A stretch of 64,000 bases of DNA from an uncultured Planctomycetota bacterium (GTDB taxonomy: Bacteria; Planctomycetota; Planctomycetia; Isosphaerales; Isosphaeraceae), in assembly GCA_963845755.1 (NCBI GenBank), contig CAWJTV010000034.1, positions 352,001-416,000 of the forward strand, in the 5' to 3' direction. Below are positions 24,532 to 36,600 of the stretch, piece by piece (position 1 is the first letter of the stretch; every line of letters starts with the position of its first letter). Position numbers and translations under genes: made by a program. The notes under the pieces are model-generated. The model saw only the letters and a list, made by a program, of their open reading frames with translations, had not been told where the DNA came from and ran no database searches.

Positions 24532-24990
24532 GGGTGTCCTCGCCTTGCGAATCCCCGTTTCGGCACGGGGCTCCGACCCCGTCGAACGCCTGGCCGCAGG
24601 TCTCCCCGGCTGGCGAACAGAACGTTCCTGACTTCAGGTCAGCGCCGCCGTCGCGTTCAATGCATGAATAATGCATGAATTCTGATGCTACCACCCCGAC
24701 GCTGCCGGTGAAAGTAGAAACCGTGGGGCGCCGGACCGCTCGACCGTCGTTGCCCAGGGTGCTGTCTGATCTGCGACGGTTGTGGTGGGTGAACGAAAGC
24801 CTTGCTGGTTTCTCCACTTTCCTTGTCCCTGATCGGGGTGGCTTCCGCTCGTCAGAGTAGATCAGCTCCCTCCGGAGGCGCTGGAGACTCGGGACGGCGG
24901 CCAGGCCGTCGGCCCGAGCCCCAAGTCCTCGCGATAACCTGAGCGGCCGAACGATTTCGGCGATCCTACGCAGGACCGCGTCGCGGTGTG

Positions 24991-25098
24991 GTGGTCCGGT
25001 TGGATTGCGACTAGGCCGCGAATCGGTCGCTGGGCCGGGATCTTCGGATCATCGGCAAGTCCTTCGTCATGATGCCGCTCGGCCGCGGAGCTTCTTGA
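24991..25098 (+). pseudogene. 3' remnant of a bacterial sugar transferase (WcaJ/Bac_transf-like)
   Basis: Manual translation VVRLDCD*AANRSLGRDLRIIGKSFVMMPLGRGAS* matches the recalled family C-terminus (RLDxxYxxNxSLxxDLxIxxKT...GRGA), with TAG where Tyr is expected. Confidence 0.45.
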
Positions 25099-25306
25099 AA
25101 CCGTCAGGATGTGAACGACCACCGTTGGGCGCCCCGTAGCGGACCGAGGTCTCGCGAGGAGAGATCGCCAGTCTTCGGGGTCAGGAGCTCCCGCGCCCAG
25201 CGGAGTTCAGGTGATCGGGCAACCGATCGGCCCGTCGTTCGTTGCGCGCTACGTCTCGTTCGTTTTTCTTTCTAAAGCTCAGCCTCTCAGACAAGGAGAC
25301 TTCAGC

Positions 25307-26530
25307 ATGTCGATTCAATTGCGCCTTCTCGGATCGATTCGGTTGCTATTCGCGAGCATCGCAGTGATGGGAAAGATTCTCCCCCGGCTTTGGAACGCTT
25401 TGAAAAAGGAAACACTCCTTCGACGTCGTCCCCAGGCGATACGACGCAGGTCACGCATCTCGACCTGCCTGCTGAGTGGAACTATGATAATATTTACATC
25501 AATGACGGCTCTTGCTGGGGGCATCCAAGTCGCTTCATCGGGGGCAATGGAGTCGGTGCCACTGCAAAACAAGCTGAAACCAGGGGCGACGGGATCGGTG
25601 CTCGCCTATTCCAACGCCACTGACTCTGTAACCAGCGCAAAGATCGTGAATGGCGATCCGAGTGCCGCCCCGGGTCGAACATACGATCCCCCGAAGGGCA
25701 TCTCTTATTTCTTCAATGTGAACGTGACCAAAGGCATTTGGCCTTTTTCGAAGACGACGACCACTCTCTACAGTCCCGCAGTCGGCTACGGGCCAGTACC
25801 CAAGGCCGTTGGGGTTAGGGAATTCGTCACCAGTAAGTCGATATCTGGTGACGGTTCGGCCATGGGTCACGGGGAGTTCACCGGTACGGGGAGTGCTGGA
25901 ACCCTCACCGGCTCATCACTCCTGGCCAGCGCGGAGGCGAGTTCAGTGTCGCCAGGAAACGCAGAGGGGGCAGGTTACAGCAACGACCCTTACACCGTGC
26001 TCCACAACTCGTCGGGCACCTTTGAGTACAATCCAACCATCTCGAATCTGAGTCTCACCATCCAGGGGCCGGGGGCGGGCGGCTCCGGTGGGGTCGCCGG
26101 GATCGAACTCGCGGCTTACTCCAGTCTCGTCCCGACTACGGACGGCTCGCTCGGCATGCTCTGGGATATGGTCGTTGATCTCAATTCGAACGGTCAGTCT
26201 AGCGTCGGCTTTCAGAGTGCCTCCATCCTCGGGTTGAACGATGCGCAGGAGGCGCAGCAGATCGTTGATAATCTCACTTTCAATACATCCGATCTCTCCA
26301 ATCTCAGCATCGCTCTTGCGAACCCTCAAGGTTTCGAGCTGTTCGATCAAACGATCTCCGCCGCCCAAGATTTCACGATGTCGGAGACCGTAGGCTCGTT
26401 CGCGATAGCCGGTTCCGTGCCCGAACCCTCGACCCTCGTACTGGCCGGCATCGCATGCACGATACTCATCGCGGTTCAGATTCTGAGGCGGCGAGGCCGG
26501 CGGATCGTCGAGATGACTGGACTGGCATGA
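25307..26530 (+). CDS. PEP-CTERM sorting-domain secreted protein
   Basis: RBS AAGGAGA; Ser/Gly/Thr-rich body; C-terminal VPEPSTLVLAGIACTILIAVQILRRRGRR; visibly lower GC than its flanks. Confidence 0.85.
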   Translation: MSIQLRLLGSIRLLFASIAVMGKILPRLWNALKKETLLRRRPQAIRRRSRISTCLLSGTMIIFTSMTALAGGIQVASSGAMESVPLQNKLKPGATGSVLAYSNATDSVTSAKIVNGDPSAAPGRTYDPPKGISYFFNVNVTKGIWPFSKTTTTLYSPAVGYGPVPKAVGVREFVTSKSISGDGSAMGHGEFTGTGSAGTLTGSSLLASAEASSVSPGNAEGAGYSNDPYTVLHNSSGTFEYNPTISNLSLTIQGPGAGGSGGVAGIELAAYSSLVPTTDGSLGMLWDMVVDLNSNGQSSVGFQSASILGLNDAQEAQQIVDNLTFNTSDLSNLSIALANPQGFELFDQTISAAQDFTMSETVGSFAIAGSVPEPSTLVLAGIACTILIAVQILRRRGRRIVEMTGLA

Positions 26531-26691
26531 TGGGTGGCGATCGGATGCCCAGCGTCTCATTCTCGAGACGGAGAATGCTGGTCGATTATCCAGGGCGAGA
26601 CGTGGTCCCGCATCTCCCCAGCGATCGGAGACATCATCAACGCGCGTCCTCGTTTTCCTGGGTGTCCTCGCCGTCGAGAATCCATCGAACA

Positions 26692-27312
26692 TCAGTCGGG
26701 CAATCGGCCACCGAGCCTCTGATGGAGCTTGAGCCGGGCCGAGCGCCAGCGGTACTTCACGACCCGCTCGGTGACACCCAGAAGGGCGGCGGCCTCTGCC
26801 TGAGTCAGGCCCTGATACCACAACAGATCGAACGCCTCTCTCTCCTCATCGGGCAAGTTCCCAACCTGCTCGTGGAACTCGGTCCACGCTGACAGCCGGG
26901 TTGGGTCGTCCGTGTCATTGGTCGCGTCCAGCCGGCCGGGCGGGCTCTCCGAGCCGTCCGAGCCGGCCTGGCTGGCATGATGACGCCCTGGTCCTTCCGG
27001 CCCGTCGTAGTGCCGCGCCAGGTCGATCAGCTCGCGGCGGATCTGCAACGCGGCCAGGTTGATGAAGCTGCGCACCGAGACTGGCTTGACCTCGTTGAGC
27101 GCCCGACAGAGCCGCATCGCTGCGTTCTGGAGGATGTCGTCGGTCTCCTCCCACCGCTTTACGCCGGGGTAGCCGCGGAGCATCTTGCGGGCCAGCCGGC
27201 ACAACCGCTCACGGGCGATCTCCAACAGCTCGTCGCGCGCCGATTCGTCGCCGGCCCGCAGGCGGTCGAGGCGAAGCTGGATCTGCGTCGTGGAATGGCT
27301 TGCAAAGGCCAT
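26692..27312 (-). CDS. ECF-type RNA polymerase sigma factor (planctomycete kinase-associated type)
   Basis: LDRLRAGDESARDELL, ETDDILQ, IRRELIDLARHY, region 4 LPDEEREAFDLLWYQGLTQAEAAALLGVTERVVKYRWRSARLKL. Confidence 0.9.
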   Translation of the reverse strand: MAFASHSTTQIQLRLDRLRAGDESARDELLEIARERLCRLARKMLRGYPGVKRWEETDDILQNAAMRLCRALNEVKPVSVRSFINLAALQIRRELIDLARHYDGPEGPGRHHASQAGSDGSESPPGRLDATNDTDDPTRLSAWTEFHEQVGNLPDEEREAFDLLWYQGLTQAEAAALLGVTERVVKYRWRSARLKLHQRLGGRLPD

Positions 27313-27567
27313 GGAAGTCATCCGCCAGCCCGGCGATCTCAACGTCCCGAGCCCATCATCACACGCGATGCTTGGGTCTCGATGCTACCACCTGCCCTCT
27401 ACCGGTGATAGGAACGTGGGCCGTCTTTTCGAGGGCGGTCCTCCTCGATGGCTGCACCTCCCCGTCGGCCCGGTCGATCTCCCCCTTGCCGATCGCGGGG
27501 TAGCGGCCCGCTGGTTCGAGGGGCCGCAAATGGGGCGCATGCACGATTCAGTAGGAGTAAATAACTA

Positions 27568-27587
27568 AATATAGTATGTGCTATATT
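27568..27587. promoter_or_regulatory. AT-rich imperfect palindrome AATATAG-TATGTG-CTATATT
   Basis: Perfect 7-bp inverted arms with a 6-bp spacer, in an AT-rich patch upstream of the ECF gene. Confidence 0.45.
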
Positions 27588-27685
27588 GACACCGATAAAT
27601 CGGGCATCGGCTGGGTACACCTGTTCTTCCACCTGTTTCGACGTGCACAGGAGGCCGGACACTGACGCACCAGCACACCGGGGGC

Positions 27686-30600
27686 TCACCCCCCTTCCCC
27701 GGCCGGGCGGGTCTGGAATTCTCGGAGATACGATTCGTAAGCGGGATCGCCGGGCCGCCTGAGGTCGCGTCCGAACGGGAAGGCCGGCATCCCGCGCGAC
27801 GGGAGCGGACCGACCGTGTCGCTGGCGGCCGTGAACGGGTCGGCATCCTTGCAATAACCATAAGAGCGGAGCACGTAGCTGCGCGTCCAGCCCTTGGCCA
27901 GCGGCGGCAGGTCCGCCGCATCGAACTCGAGCCGCACCTCGTCTCCCGGCCCGATCAGGCAGAGCTGGTCGTCATCATGCTGGAGCAGCCTCGCTACGTC
28001 GCCGTACCGGGTCAGCCTGCCCGAGAACCGCGCCAGCGGTGCCGGATCGACGTAGTCGTAATCGTAGAGCAAGGGGAGGCGCCCGTCGGGCGAGACCTCG
28101 CGGGTGTAGCCCCGATAGGCCAGTGCGGCGCGGGCCACGGGAAGCGTCGCGACCCGGAGCGCGGACTCTGCCGCGCGGTCGCGGACCGCGATGAATGCCT
28201 GGTCGTAGTAGCATTCCATGTTGGTCTTGATTCGAAGTTCGCAATGAGGACCGCTCAGCTTTCCGGTCAAGTCGAGCGTCATGAGCCGGGGCATCCCGGC
28301 GGGATAGCCCGCGTGGGGCTCGATGATTTCCCAGGTTCCATCGTCGCGCCGCCGCTCGATGGCCGGAGGTTTCAGCGAGACTCCCGCCGTCGCAGCGGCG
28401 TAGTTGGTCTGAGAGTAAGGATACTCCACCCATCCCACCAGGCAGAGCACGAGCCGATCCTCGGGCGAGAACTTGCCGAGGCGATCGCCGAAATCGAGGA
28501 CGATGCCGTGTTCCTCGGCGTAGCCGATCCAGCCGGCTCGCTTCCGGAAATCGTCCGCGGTGCGGCGATCCCAGTGTCGCAGGATCACGGTCAGGTCGCG
28601 GCCCTCGAGGTCGCGGCGCGGACCGGCTCGACTTGCGTCCGCCACGCCATCAGTTCGCCAGTCGGCCGCGGACCTTCGGGTGCGAATCGTTCGTCCGGTG
28701 TGGACGAGACTCCGGGAGGCCGGTCAACCACTTCGAGCCGGACGTGGTCGAGGTAAGCGATCTCGTCCATCGGCTCGGTGATCGACAGCCGGAACACGCC
28801 ATCGATTGGCCGGAGCTGATCGCCGGAGATGGCGACGGCCTCGTCGCGGTCGGGCTGGCTGTAGACCCCCGGCGCGACCAGGTAGCCAAGGCCCCCGCCG
28901 CCCAGGAAGTCGCCCATGCACACGAAGCGTTGACCGTTCCACGTGAAAAGGACCGGACAACTGCCGGTTTTGCGGTTGTTCTCGGCCAGGTTCAGCCGCT
29001 GGTCGGCCGCGACATTAAGCTCGCACTGGATGACCCCATCGGGCCATCGCAGGTGGATCAGGTCCGTCTTCTTGCTCTCGCCGAGCCCCAGAACGATCGG
29101 GGCCATCGACTGGCCGAGGCCGGAATCTGGAGTCGTGTAGTCGAAGCTTGCACGAACCCCCTGCCCTTCGAGGATGACTCGAGTCCCAAGACCGTGGGAA
29201 TTCGTCCGAGACAACTCGGGCTTGACTCGCCAATGTCCGCCGAGTTGGAGGGCCAGCCAGTGCCGGCCATTGCCCTTGTTGGCGGCAACGACCGGCGCCT
29301 CGCCAGACCTCAGGACCAAAATGTCGGGAAGCGGATCACCGATGAGATCGACGGCAATCACGCTTTCGACCCCAGAGGTCTCGAATGGCAGCGGCAGGGT
29401 CTGAACCGTATGGCGCTTGCCCTCATTGCGAGCCCAGGACGGCAGATGAACATCGCGAGGCTGGTTCGACGGGCTCGGCAGACCGAGCAGGTCCGGCCGG
29501 CCGTCGAGGTCCAGGTCGATCGCCTGGGCCGATCGCCAGCTCGCGGCATTGATTGGCCATGCCTCGAAGGCGAGCCGAGTCCCTTCCACGGTCGTCCGCT
29601 CCGTGGTATTCCGCCAACAGAGCACCGGCCCTCCCGCGCACGGCGCGACCAGGTCGGCGCGGCCATCGGCGTCGAAGTCAGCGACGAGCAGGCCCGAGGC
29701 GGATGTGGCCGATGCGAGGCCCTTCACAACAGCGACATGAAATTGGCCAAGTCGATCGTTGAGGATCGCGACCGGCTCGGCGCCGTCGGCGACGGAGACC
29801 AAGTCGAGGTCGCGGTCGTTGTCGATATCGAGGATGGCGATGCCGGTGTGGGCCGATTGGCCGCCCGCCAGCGCCTCGACACCCGCCCAGGGAGTCAAGC
29901 CGATCGAGAGTCCACCCTTCGCCTTGATGTTCTCCCACGCGACCGCCAAGGGTGCCCAGGCGGGTTCGGGGCTACCCGCGATGGGTTCGGGCTTGCCGTC
30001 GTTGCGATAAACCGAATTGGCCAGGCCCGTTGGTGGTCCACCGGAGTCGCGGAATGCCTGGTCCGCATTCGCGGTGGCGCAGTAGTTCACGATGTAAAGG
30101 TCGAGGTCGCCATCCTGGTCCAGATCCGTCCAGCGGGCCGTGAGCGAAAGCGCCGGCGGCCCCATCGGCTTCATCGTGCTCGTGATGTCCTCAAACAACT
30201 TCCCAGCCCGGTTGCGTAGCAGTCGATTGTCGCCGACTCCCGTCAGAAAAAGATCGATACGCCGGTCAGCGTCGAAGTCGGCCGCCGCCACGCCTACGCT
30301 CGCACGGTTCCCGGTCAAACCGAACTCGCCTGACGCGTCCTCGAAGCCTTCCTCCCCCTTGTTCACGAGCAAGATGTCACGAATCCCCTTGGGCCCGATT
30401 ACCGCGGAGGTAAGATAGAGGTCAAGCTTACCATCGCCGTCGGCGTCGAAGGCGGCAACCGCCGCCCCAAACCGTTGGCGAATCCGCCCGATCACCGCCG
30501 CTGGACCGATGAAATCCGAGGGTTTGACCCACCGTTCGTCTGGCGCGAGCTTCACCTGCAGGGGCCGGGTGAGTTCGAGGTCAGGTGGCCGTGGTGGGGA

Positions 30601-31492
30601 AGGATCCGCGGTCTCGGATCGTGGAAATGGATTCACGACGCTCGCGTACTTGCCCATCTCGCCATAAACTTTCCCGGCCAGAGTGCCGGGACCGGGTGAC
30701 GGCTCGGGGCGATCCGGATCGATCTTCTTCCAGCGGGCGAGCAACTCTTTCGATCGCGCCGGATTCTTCATGAAACGGGATGCCATGAACATTTTGTAAA
30801 TCGCTGGCGTCAAGTACGGGTCCCGTTCGAGAGCCTTGGAGAACAACTCCATCTGTTCTTGCGCCTGTCCGGGACCCGCCGGCGCCGTCGGATTATTCGT
30901 GTCTGGTAGAGTGCTCCCCATCCAGTACCAGCCGCCCGCATCGTTGGGATCGATCTCGGTCACGCGCTTGAAGTGGTGGAAGGCTTCGGAGAGATTCCCC
31001 TGTTGTTCGAGGATGATGCCCCGGCAGAAATGGGCGTACGGGTTGTCGGGATCGCGATCCAGGACCCTGGACAGGAGATCGAGGGCTTCGTCGAAGTTGC
31101 TGGGCGCCTGGTTGGCCCCCCCTTTCTTCGCGGCTTCCGCTTTGACTCCCGTATCATTTAACAGCGCGAACGGCCAGGTTGATCGCACCGGGGATCCACC
31201 CAGGGGCACGAGTATGCACGTCCCGAAATGCCTGAATCGCGTCCGAATACTTATACTGCTCCATGCATCCCAGGCCTTTGAAGTGCTTCACCATCACCTC
31301 GGCCAACTGGTCGGGTGGGATCTCGTCCTTGAGGGGTTCCGCCGCCACGGACTCCCGGACGACTGCCCCTGGCGCGGATGGTTCCTTGATCGTGGTTTCG
31401 GGCTCGGGCTGCGAGTGACAGGCGGAGACCGCAATGAGGCCAAGCGCCGCGATGAAGACGAGGGCGAGGCGCCCAAAGACTCGCGCAGGCAT
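27686..31492 (-). CDS. Lipoprotein with TPR + FG-GAP/VCBS repeats + ASPIC/UnbV + conserved C-terminal domain (frameshifts near 31165 and 28620)
   Basis: Lipobox-like IAVSAC; TPR segment; DADGDGKLDLY, DFDADRRIDLF and DLDQDGDLDLY repeats; NSHGLGTRV..LGLG..RWPDG; GSCPVLFTWNG. Confidence 0.85.
28935..28950. promoter_or_regulatory. Degenerate parS-like site (CGTTCCACGTGAAAAG)
   Basis: One mismatch from the site at 39541; lies inside a CDS. Confidence 0.4.
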
Positions 31493-31593
31493 CGTCACAC
31501 TCCTCGGAGATGATGGATCGAAACCGGATGAGATCGAATCACTCAAACTCGGCCGCTCGCAACGAGATAACGAAAATGAGCCCGCGGCGATCA

Positions 31594-32559
31594 TCAGAAC
31601 GGCCTACTCAGAGCCCGCTCACGACGTGCGACCGCCGGGGCGAAGGATTGGCCGAGCGTAGAGTTCAGTATAGGCATCGGCTCGCAGGTGGGAAAGCAGA
31701 TGATGCCCTCGTCGCCGTTCACGTTCGGCGCAGGGCCGCCAGGTCGAACCGGACCGACCACGATCTTCTCGCCGGGTCCCGGGTCGGCCTGGGAAAGGAT
31801 CCGGCCGTCGTAGTCAACGATCATGCTCCCACCCGGCCAGGAGAATGGCGGGTAGTTCCGGGCGCTGGCCCCTTGATTGGCCGCCACGACGAACGCGAAG
31901 TTCTCCACGGCGCGGGCGCGGTTGAACAGGGTCCACCAGTCCATTGGGGGCGTGGCGCCCCAGGGGTCCATGTAGGCGGAGACGCGGATCAGGACCTCCG
32001 CCCCGCCCAGGGCCAGTGCCCGGATCGCTTCGGGAAACAGCCAGTCGTAGCAGATCGCCGCGCCGAGTCGGCCGATCTCGGTCTCGACAACCGGGAACAT
32101 CGGCTCGTCATAACCGGCCAGGTCATGCGGGCTGGCGTGAATCTCCCAGGGCAGCCACGGGTTGACTTTCCGGTAGCGACTCAGAATCCCATCGGGGCCG
32201 ATCAGGCATGTCGTGTTGAAGACGACTCCCGGCCATCTCGGATCGGCCTCCAGGAATGAGCCCGTCTGAATGAAGACCCCCCTCTCCCGCGCCTTCCTGA
32301 CGTAGCGCTCGGTGTGCTCGTTGGGGATCGGGACAGCCAGCCGATCGGCCAGTTCCTCGACAGTTTCGTAGATCGGAGCCGCGTGAGCGAACTCCGGAAA
32401 GACCAGAAGCCTGATGTCGAAAAACGGCCCATAGCCGACGACCGAGCGATCGATCATCCCGAGGAGGTAGCCGACCCGCTCGGCGATCTCGTCGCGATGG
32501 CGGGGACACGGGAGATCGGTCTGGCAGGCGGCGGCATAATAGCGAGGAATCTCAGCCAT
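31594..32559 (-). CDS. Carbon-nitrogen hydrolase (nitrilase/amidase superfamily); C-terminus probably frameshifted
   Basis: Catalytic triad contexts VFPEF, YRK and AAICYDW; RARAVEN, GGSMIVDYDG. Confidence 0.88.
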   Translation of the reverse strand: MAEIPRYYAAACQTDLPCPRHRDEIAERVGYLLGMIDRSVVGYGPFFDIRLLVFPEFAHAAPIYETVEELADRLAVPIPNEHTERYVRKARERGVFIQTGSFLEADPRWPGVVFNTTCLIGPDGILSRYRKVNPWLPWEIHASPHDLAGYDEPMFPVVETEIGRLGAAICYDWLFPEAIRALALGGAEVLIRVSAYMDPWGATPPMDWWTLFNRARAVENFAFVVAANQGASARNYPPFSWPGGSMIVDYDGRILSQADPGPGEKIVVGPVRPGGPAPNVNGDEGIICFPTCEPMPILNSTLGQSFAPAVARRERALSRPF

Positions 32560-32681
32560 GCCCGTTCCGGGGGAAATGGGGGCGACTCAGGCGACACTCA
32601 GGCCGTCGTGTCACGCGGAACTCCCCTGGTCGCGACTGGGGGCAGTTCGTCATCCGATTCCAGCAACATGTCGTAGGGAAG

Positions 32682-33592
32682 TCACTTGAGCGAATCCTCC
32701 TCGTCCTGGGGCGGAGGCTTGACCTGGTTGCTGGCATCGAGGAAGGCGGCCAGGGCGATGTCCGCCTTGCGATTGGGGTCGTCGAGTCGCAGGAACACGT
32801 CCGCGGCGCGGCCGGTCCGCCCTGAGAGGAACCATTCCGCGCCAGGACCAGCCAGGCGTCCCGGTCGTCTGGATGGATCTGGACATGGGATTCGATGCGT
32901 GCGAGCTGCCGCGCGAAGTCGCCGGGCTCGCCGTAGATCGATTGGATGTCGGGGGCGGTCTCCAGCCAGCCAGGCTGGGCGGTCTCGGCCTCGCGAAGCC
33001 GGTTCGCGGCAACTGTGTAATTGCCCCGGACAATCGCGAGCTGGGCAAGACGAACGTAGGGCGCGGCCAGGTCGGCGGAGGCCCGAACGGCCTGTTGATA
33101 GCGTTCTTCGGCTTTCTTCAGGTTTCCGGCGCGAAAGAGCCGATCGCCGATCGTCATCAACTGGGAGGCGCGCTTGGGATCGCTGGGTGCCCGGGCCGCC
33201 TTCTCCGGTTGGCGCGGCACCCGTGCCGCGAGGTCCGGCGGCGGAGGGGGAAGGAGCGGCCCGCGCTGCCACATCGGCGGAGCCTGCATCGGTCCGAAGG
33301 GACCGAAGCCGAATGCGCTCGGCCCCATCACCAGTCCCGGGTAGCCGACGGCTCCGCCCGGCCCGAAGCCGGCGTAGAACGGCATGACAAAGAAGCCCGG
33401 ATAACCGCCCACCACGGCGAGAGAGTTCCCACCTCCGCCCATGTGGCGCCCTCCCCCGCCCCCGCCCATGTGGTGGTGCTGGGCGCGGGACGCATTCGGG
33501 GCGAACAACAGAATTGTCACGCCAAGGCAAAGCATCTTGCAGCCGGGCATGATGAGTCTCAGCCTCCATTCCAGGAAGATGGGAGGGTTCAT
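32682..33592 (-). CDS. Secreted TPR protein with Gly/Pro-rich N-terminus (frameshift near 32840)
   Basis: Signal-like segment ending ASRAQ; TPR-like GDRLFRAGNLKKAEERYQQA and HPDDRDAWLVL. Confidence 0.65.
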
Positions 33593-33699
33593 GGCAATTA
33601 TTGGCGAGGGATGGCCGCGGAATCAATGGATGCAAACCGAATTGAGCCACAGGTCAGACCGGCGCACTTCAGACCAGAGAAGGATCCGGCTCGGTCAAC

Positions 33700-36600
33700 T
33701 CAATCGCGGCGCAAACCGGCGCGCGGGGGGCGGGGCGTGATTCCCTGAAGGATCAGATCGGCGCCAACATCGAGCTCGAGCGCGGCCCGGATGATAGTCG
33801 GGGTCGAGAACAAGGTCAGCCGGTGCCAGATCCTCGACTCGAGCCGCTCGCGTGGAGCGGGACCGGTCGAACGAACCGGACGCTGTGCACTCCGTTGACG
33901 CCGTTCGGGCCGGTGAAACGGTTGATGTGATTCGAGGCGCAGAGGCTGAGCCACTGGAGCTGTGAATCGCGTGCACGGTTCGGCGGAGACGGGACGTCAC
34001 CGGCGGCCGTGACCAGGTCCAGGTCGTGGACGTCGTTATCGGCTTGCCAGAAGAGGAGACCGCCGGCCAGGGCATCGGCGTCGGCGCGGAGCAGGACGGC
34101 GTCCCGATCCCGAGCTCGCCGATCGGAGAGCGTCCAGAAGACGGAGTTCTGCGACGAGATCAGCCAAGGCCGGTAGGGACCGGGGAGGGAGCCGTGCCAG
34201 GCACCAAGACGAACAAGCGACCGATCCGAAACGATCGTCGAGCGATCGAGCACAAGATCCGCCTCGAAACGGCGACGAGCCACGCCTACGGGAAGCAGTT
34301 CGATCGCGGATTCGCCCCCCGCGACCGCGCATTGAGTCAGCGCGATCAACCCATAGGCGACCTCCGCCCGCAGCGCCGTCCCATTGGCGATCAAGATCGT
34401 GTTCACAACGCGGCAAACGGGGCGATCGACGGTAAATTGGAAAACCGGGTGGGTTAGATCGCCCGTCATCGTCTGAGTCGTCGCCGCGCGGAACGCGATG
34501 ATCCCGCCCGTCACACCCGGCGATGATTGCGGCACGGTGAGCTGGCAGCCCGAGAGGACGAGATGGGCATCCTCGGCTTTGATCAATGCGGCAAGTCGAG
34601 ATTCGGGATCGTGGCGCAGGATGAGGCCGGAAAGGACGAGAGCCCCACCGTGGACCTCGATCAGGGCTCCACCGCTCGATTTGGATTCGGAGGACCAAGA
34701 GAGCGGCTCCGATCCCGGAGTCGCCGGCTCGACCCGGATCTCGATTTGAAGGCCGATGGGAATCTGGACCGGCGTGAAGCGATGTGCCCCCGAGCCCTGC
34801 ACGCGGATTCGCACGTGCTTTTTGGCCGAGGACAGGTGATCGCGCATGAAGGCGCCGAGGTCCCCATTCCACTGCGGATCCGACGCGTTCATGGACAGCT
34901 CGACCAGATCGGCGGCCGGTGCCGGCGCCGATTGAGGGGCACGTCCAGAGATCGTCCCCCTGGCGAAACCGTCCGGCGTCTTGGCCTGGAGTTTCTTGGC
35001 GATGGCCCCTCCCACGCGTGGGGATGGCAGTGCCGTCCAGACCGGCTCGGGAACGATGGGTGTGAGATAGTGCCCGACGGTTTTCTCGAACAGGCCCGGC
35101 CAGGGCGACGGTGCCTGACTCAGCAAGGTGGGCCGGTCCAACAAGAAGGGCTGAAGTCCCGCCGGCGCGACCGTCGCCAGATCCGCGTCCGACGGTCGCC
35201 GCCAGGGGAACCAGATCTCGAGACTGTCCCGTTCCGTCGCGTTCCACGTGGAACGGACCGCCTTGAGATCATCGATGCCGATCGTCGGATCGCGGTCGTT
35301 GCCCCGAGCGAAGAATCCCTTCCACCCCGCGTAGAGGTTTCGATCCCCGGCCCAATCGACCTGCTGAACTGCGGTTCCCTCCAACTCTGAAGAGATGATG
35401 CTGGCGATCCCCTCTTCCTGGAGCCGGCCGAAGGCCGTCCCGTAGCTGCGAAAGACCAGCGGTTTGCATCGGCTCCCTACCGCCGCCGATGCGCGCTGGA
35501 CGATCGGCCCCGGGCCTGCGATCACGGAGTCAATGAAGCCAAGCCGATGCTCCGCCCCGTCCTCCGGCCTCGAGATCCGGACGAGTGGACCGGCTTCGTA
35601 CAGGATGATCGCCCGGTCCAGGATGAGGTCCCCGGCCCCGCCCGAGAAATCGATGACCGGCCCGAGCTTGCCGAATCGCCCCCGCACTACGGTTCGCTCG
35701 AGGCGGATCCGAGTGGGCCGTGAAGGCAGCGACTCGGCTTGGGCTCGGATCAGCGCAAACGGCTTGTTCGCGGGGTTGAGGATCGTGATCGTGCAATCGC
35801 GGAGGGTGAGGTTCGAGTTCCCACAGGCGAACAAAGCTGTCTGCAAGGTCAGGTCGGGAACGTTGAGGATCAGGTCGATCCCCTCGAGCGTGATGTTCTT
35901 CTTCTCGAGGTTGAGGACTGCGGAGTGCGGTTGCGATGCGTCGAGCCGCGACCGCTCGACACGGAGGATCGGCCGGAAGCCCGGACGCGCCCGGATGAGG
36001 CGGGATTCCCCCGAGATCCGCACATCCTCGATCGGGAGTGGTCCCTGGTCAGCCACCTCGATTGTGCCCCCGCCGAACTCATCCAGCGCCCTCTGGAGAG
36101 TGGGCATGGACGGGGTACCGCCCGGCCCCGCGACCCGTCGCACCACGACGAACGGAGTCTCAGTGTGCCCGGAGAGCGGCACCCGGGTCCACTCGGGAAG
36201 ATTCTGGCGGGAACCCAGCATCTCGGCCGCCAGCCGCACCTCGCTTCCGGGGATCGACTCCCGATCCTCGGGCTCTTCCCAGGGCGACGGACGACTCGGG
36301 ATTGGCGGATCGCGCGTCTCGGGTCCGGTCTTCCGACGCGTGAGCTCGCCGGAATTCGGGTGCGACGTGGCAGCGGGACGGACCACCGGGCTAGCGGCCC
36401 GATCCAGCACAATGACCGGCTCGGACTCTATTGGTTCTTCGTCGACCTGGGCGGATCCCCTGATGCCCGCCAGGAATTGGTTGAGGCCGATCAGTAGCAT
36501 GACGAGCGATGCCCCAATCGCTACGGAGGAGAGGATCCACGAGGGGGCTGACGGTCGGGTCGTCGAGGTGACAGCCTCGATCGGAGTCTCGACTTCCTCG

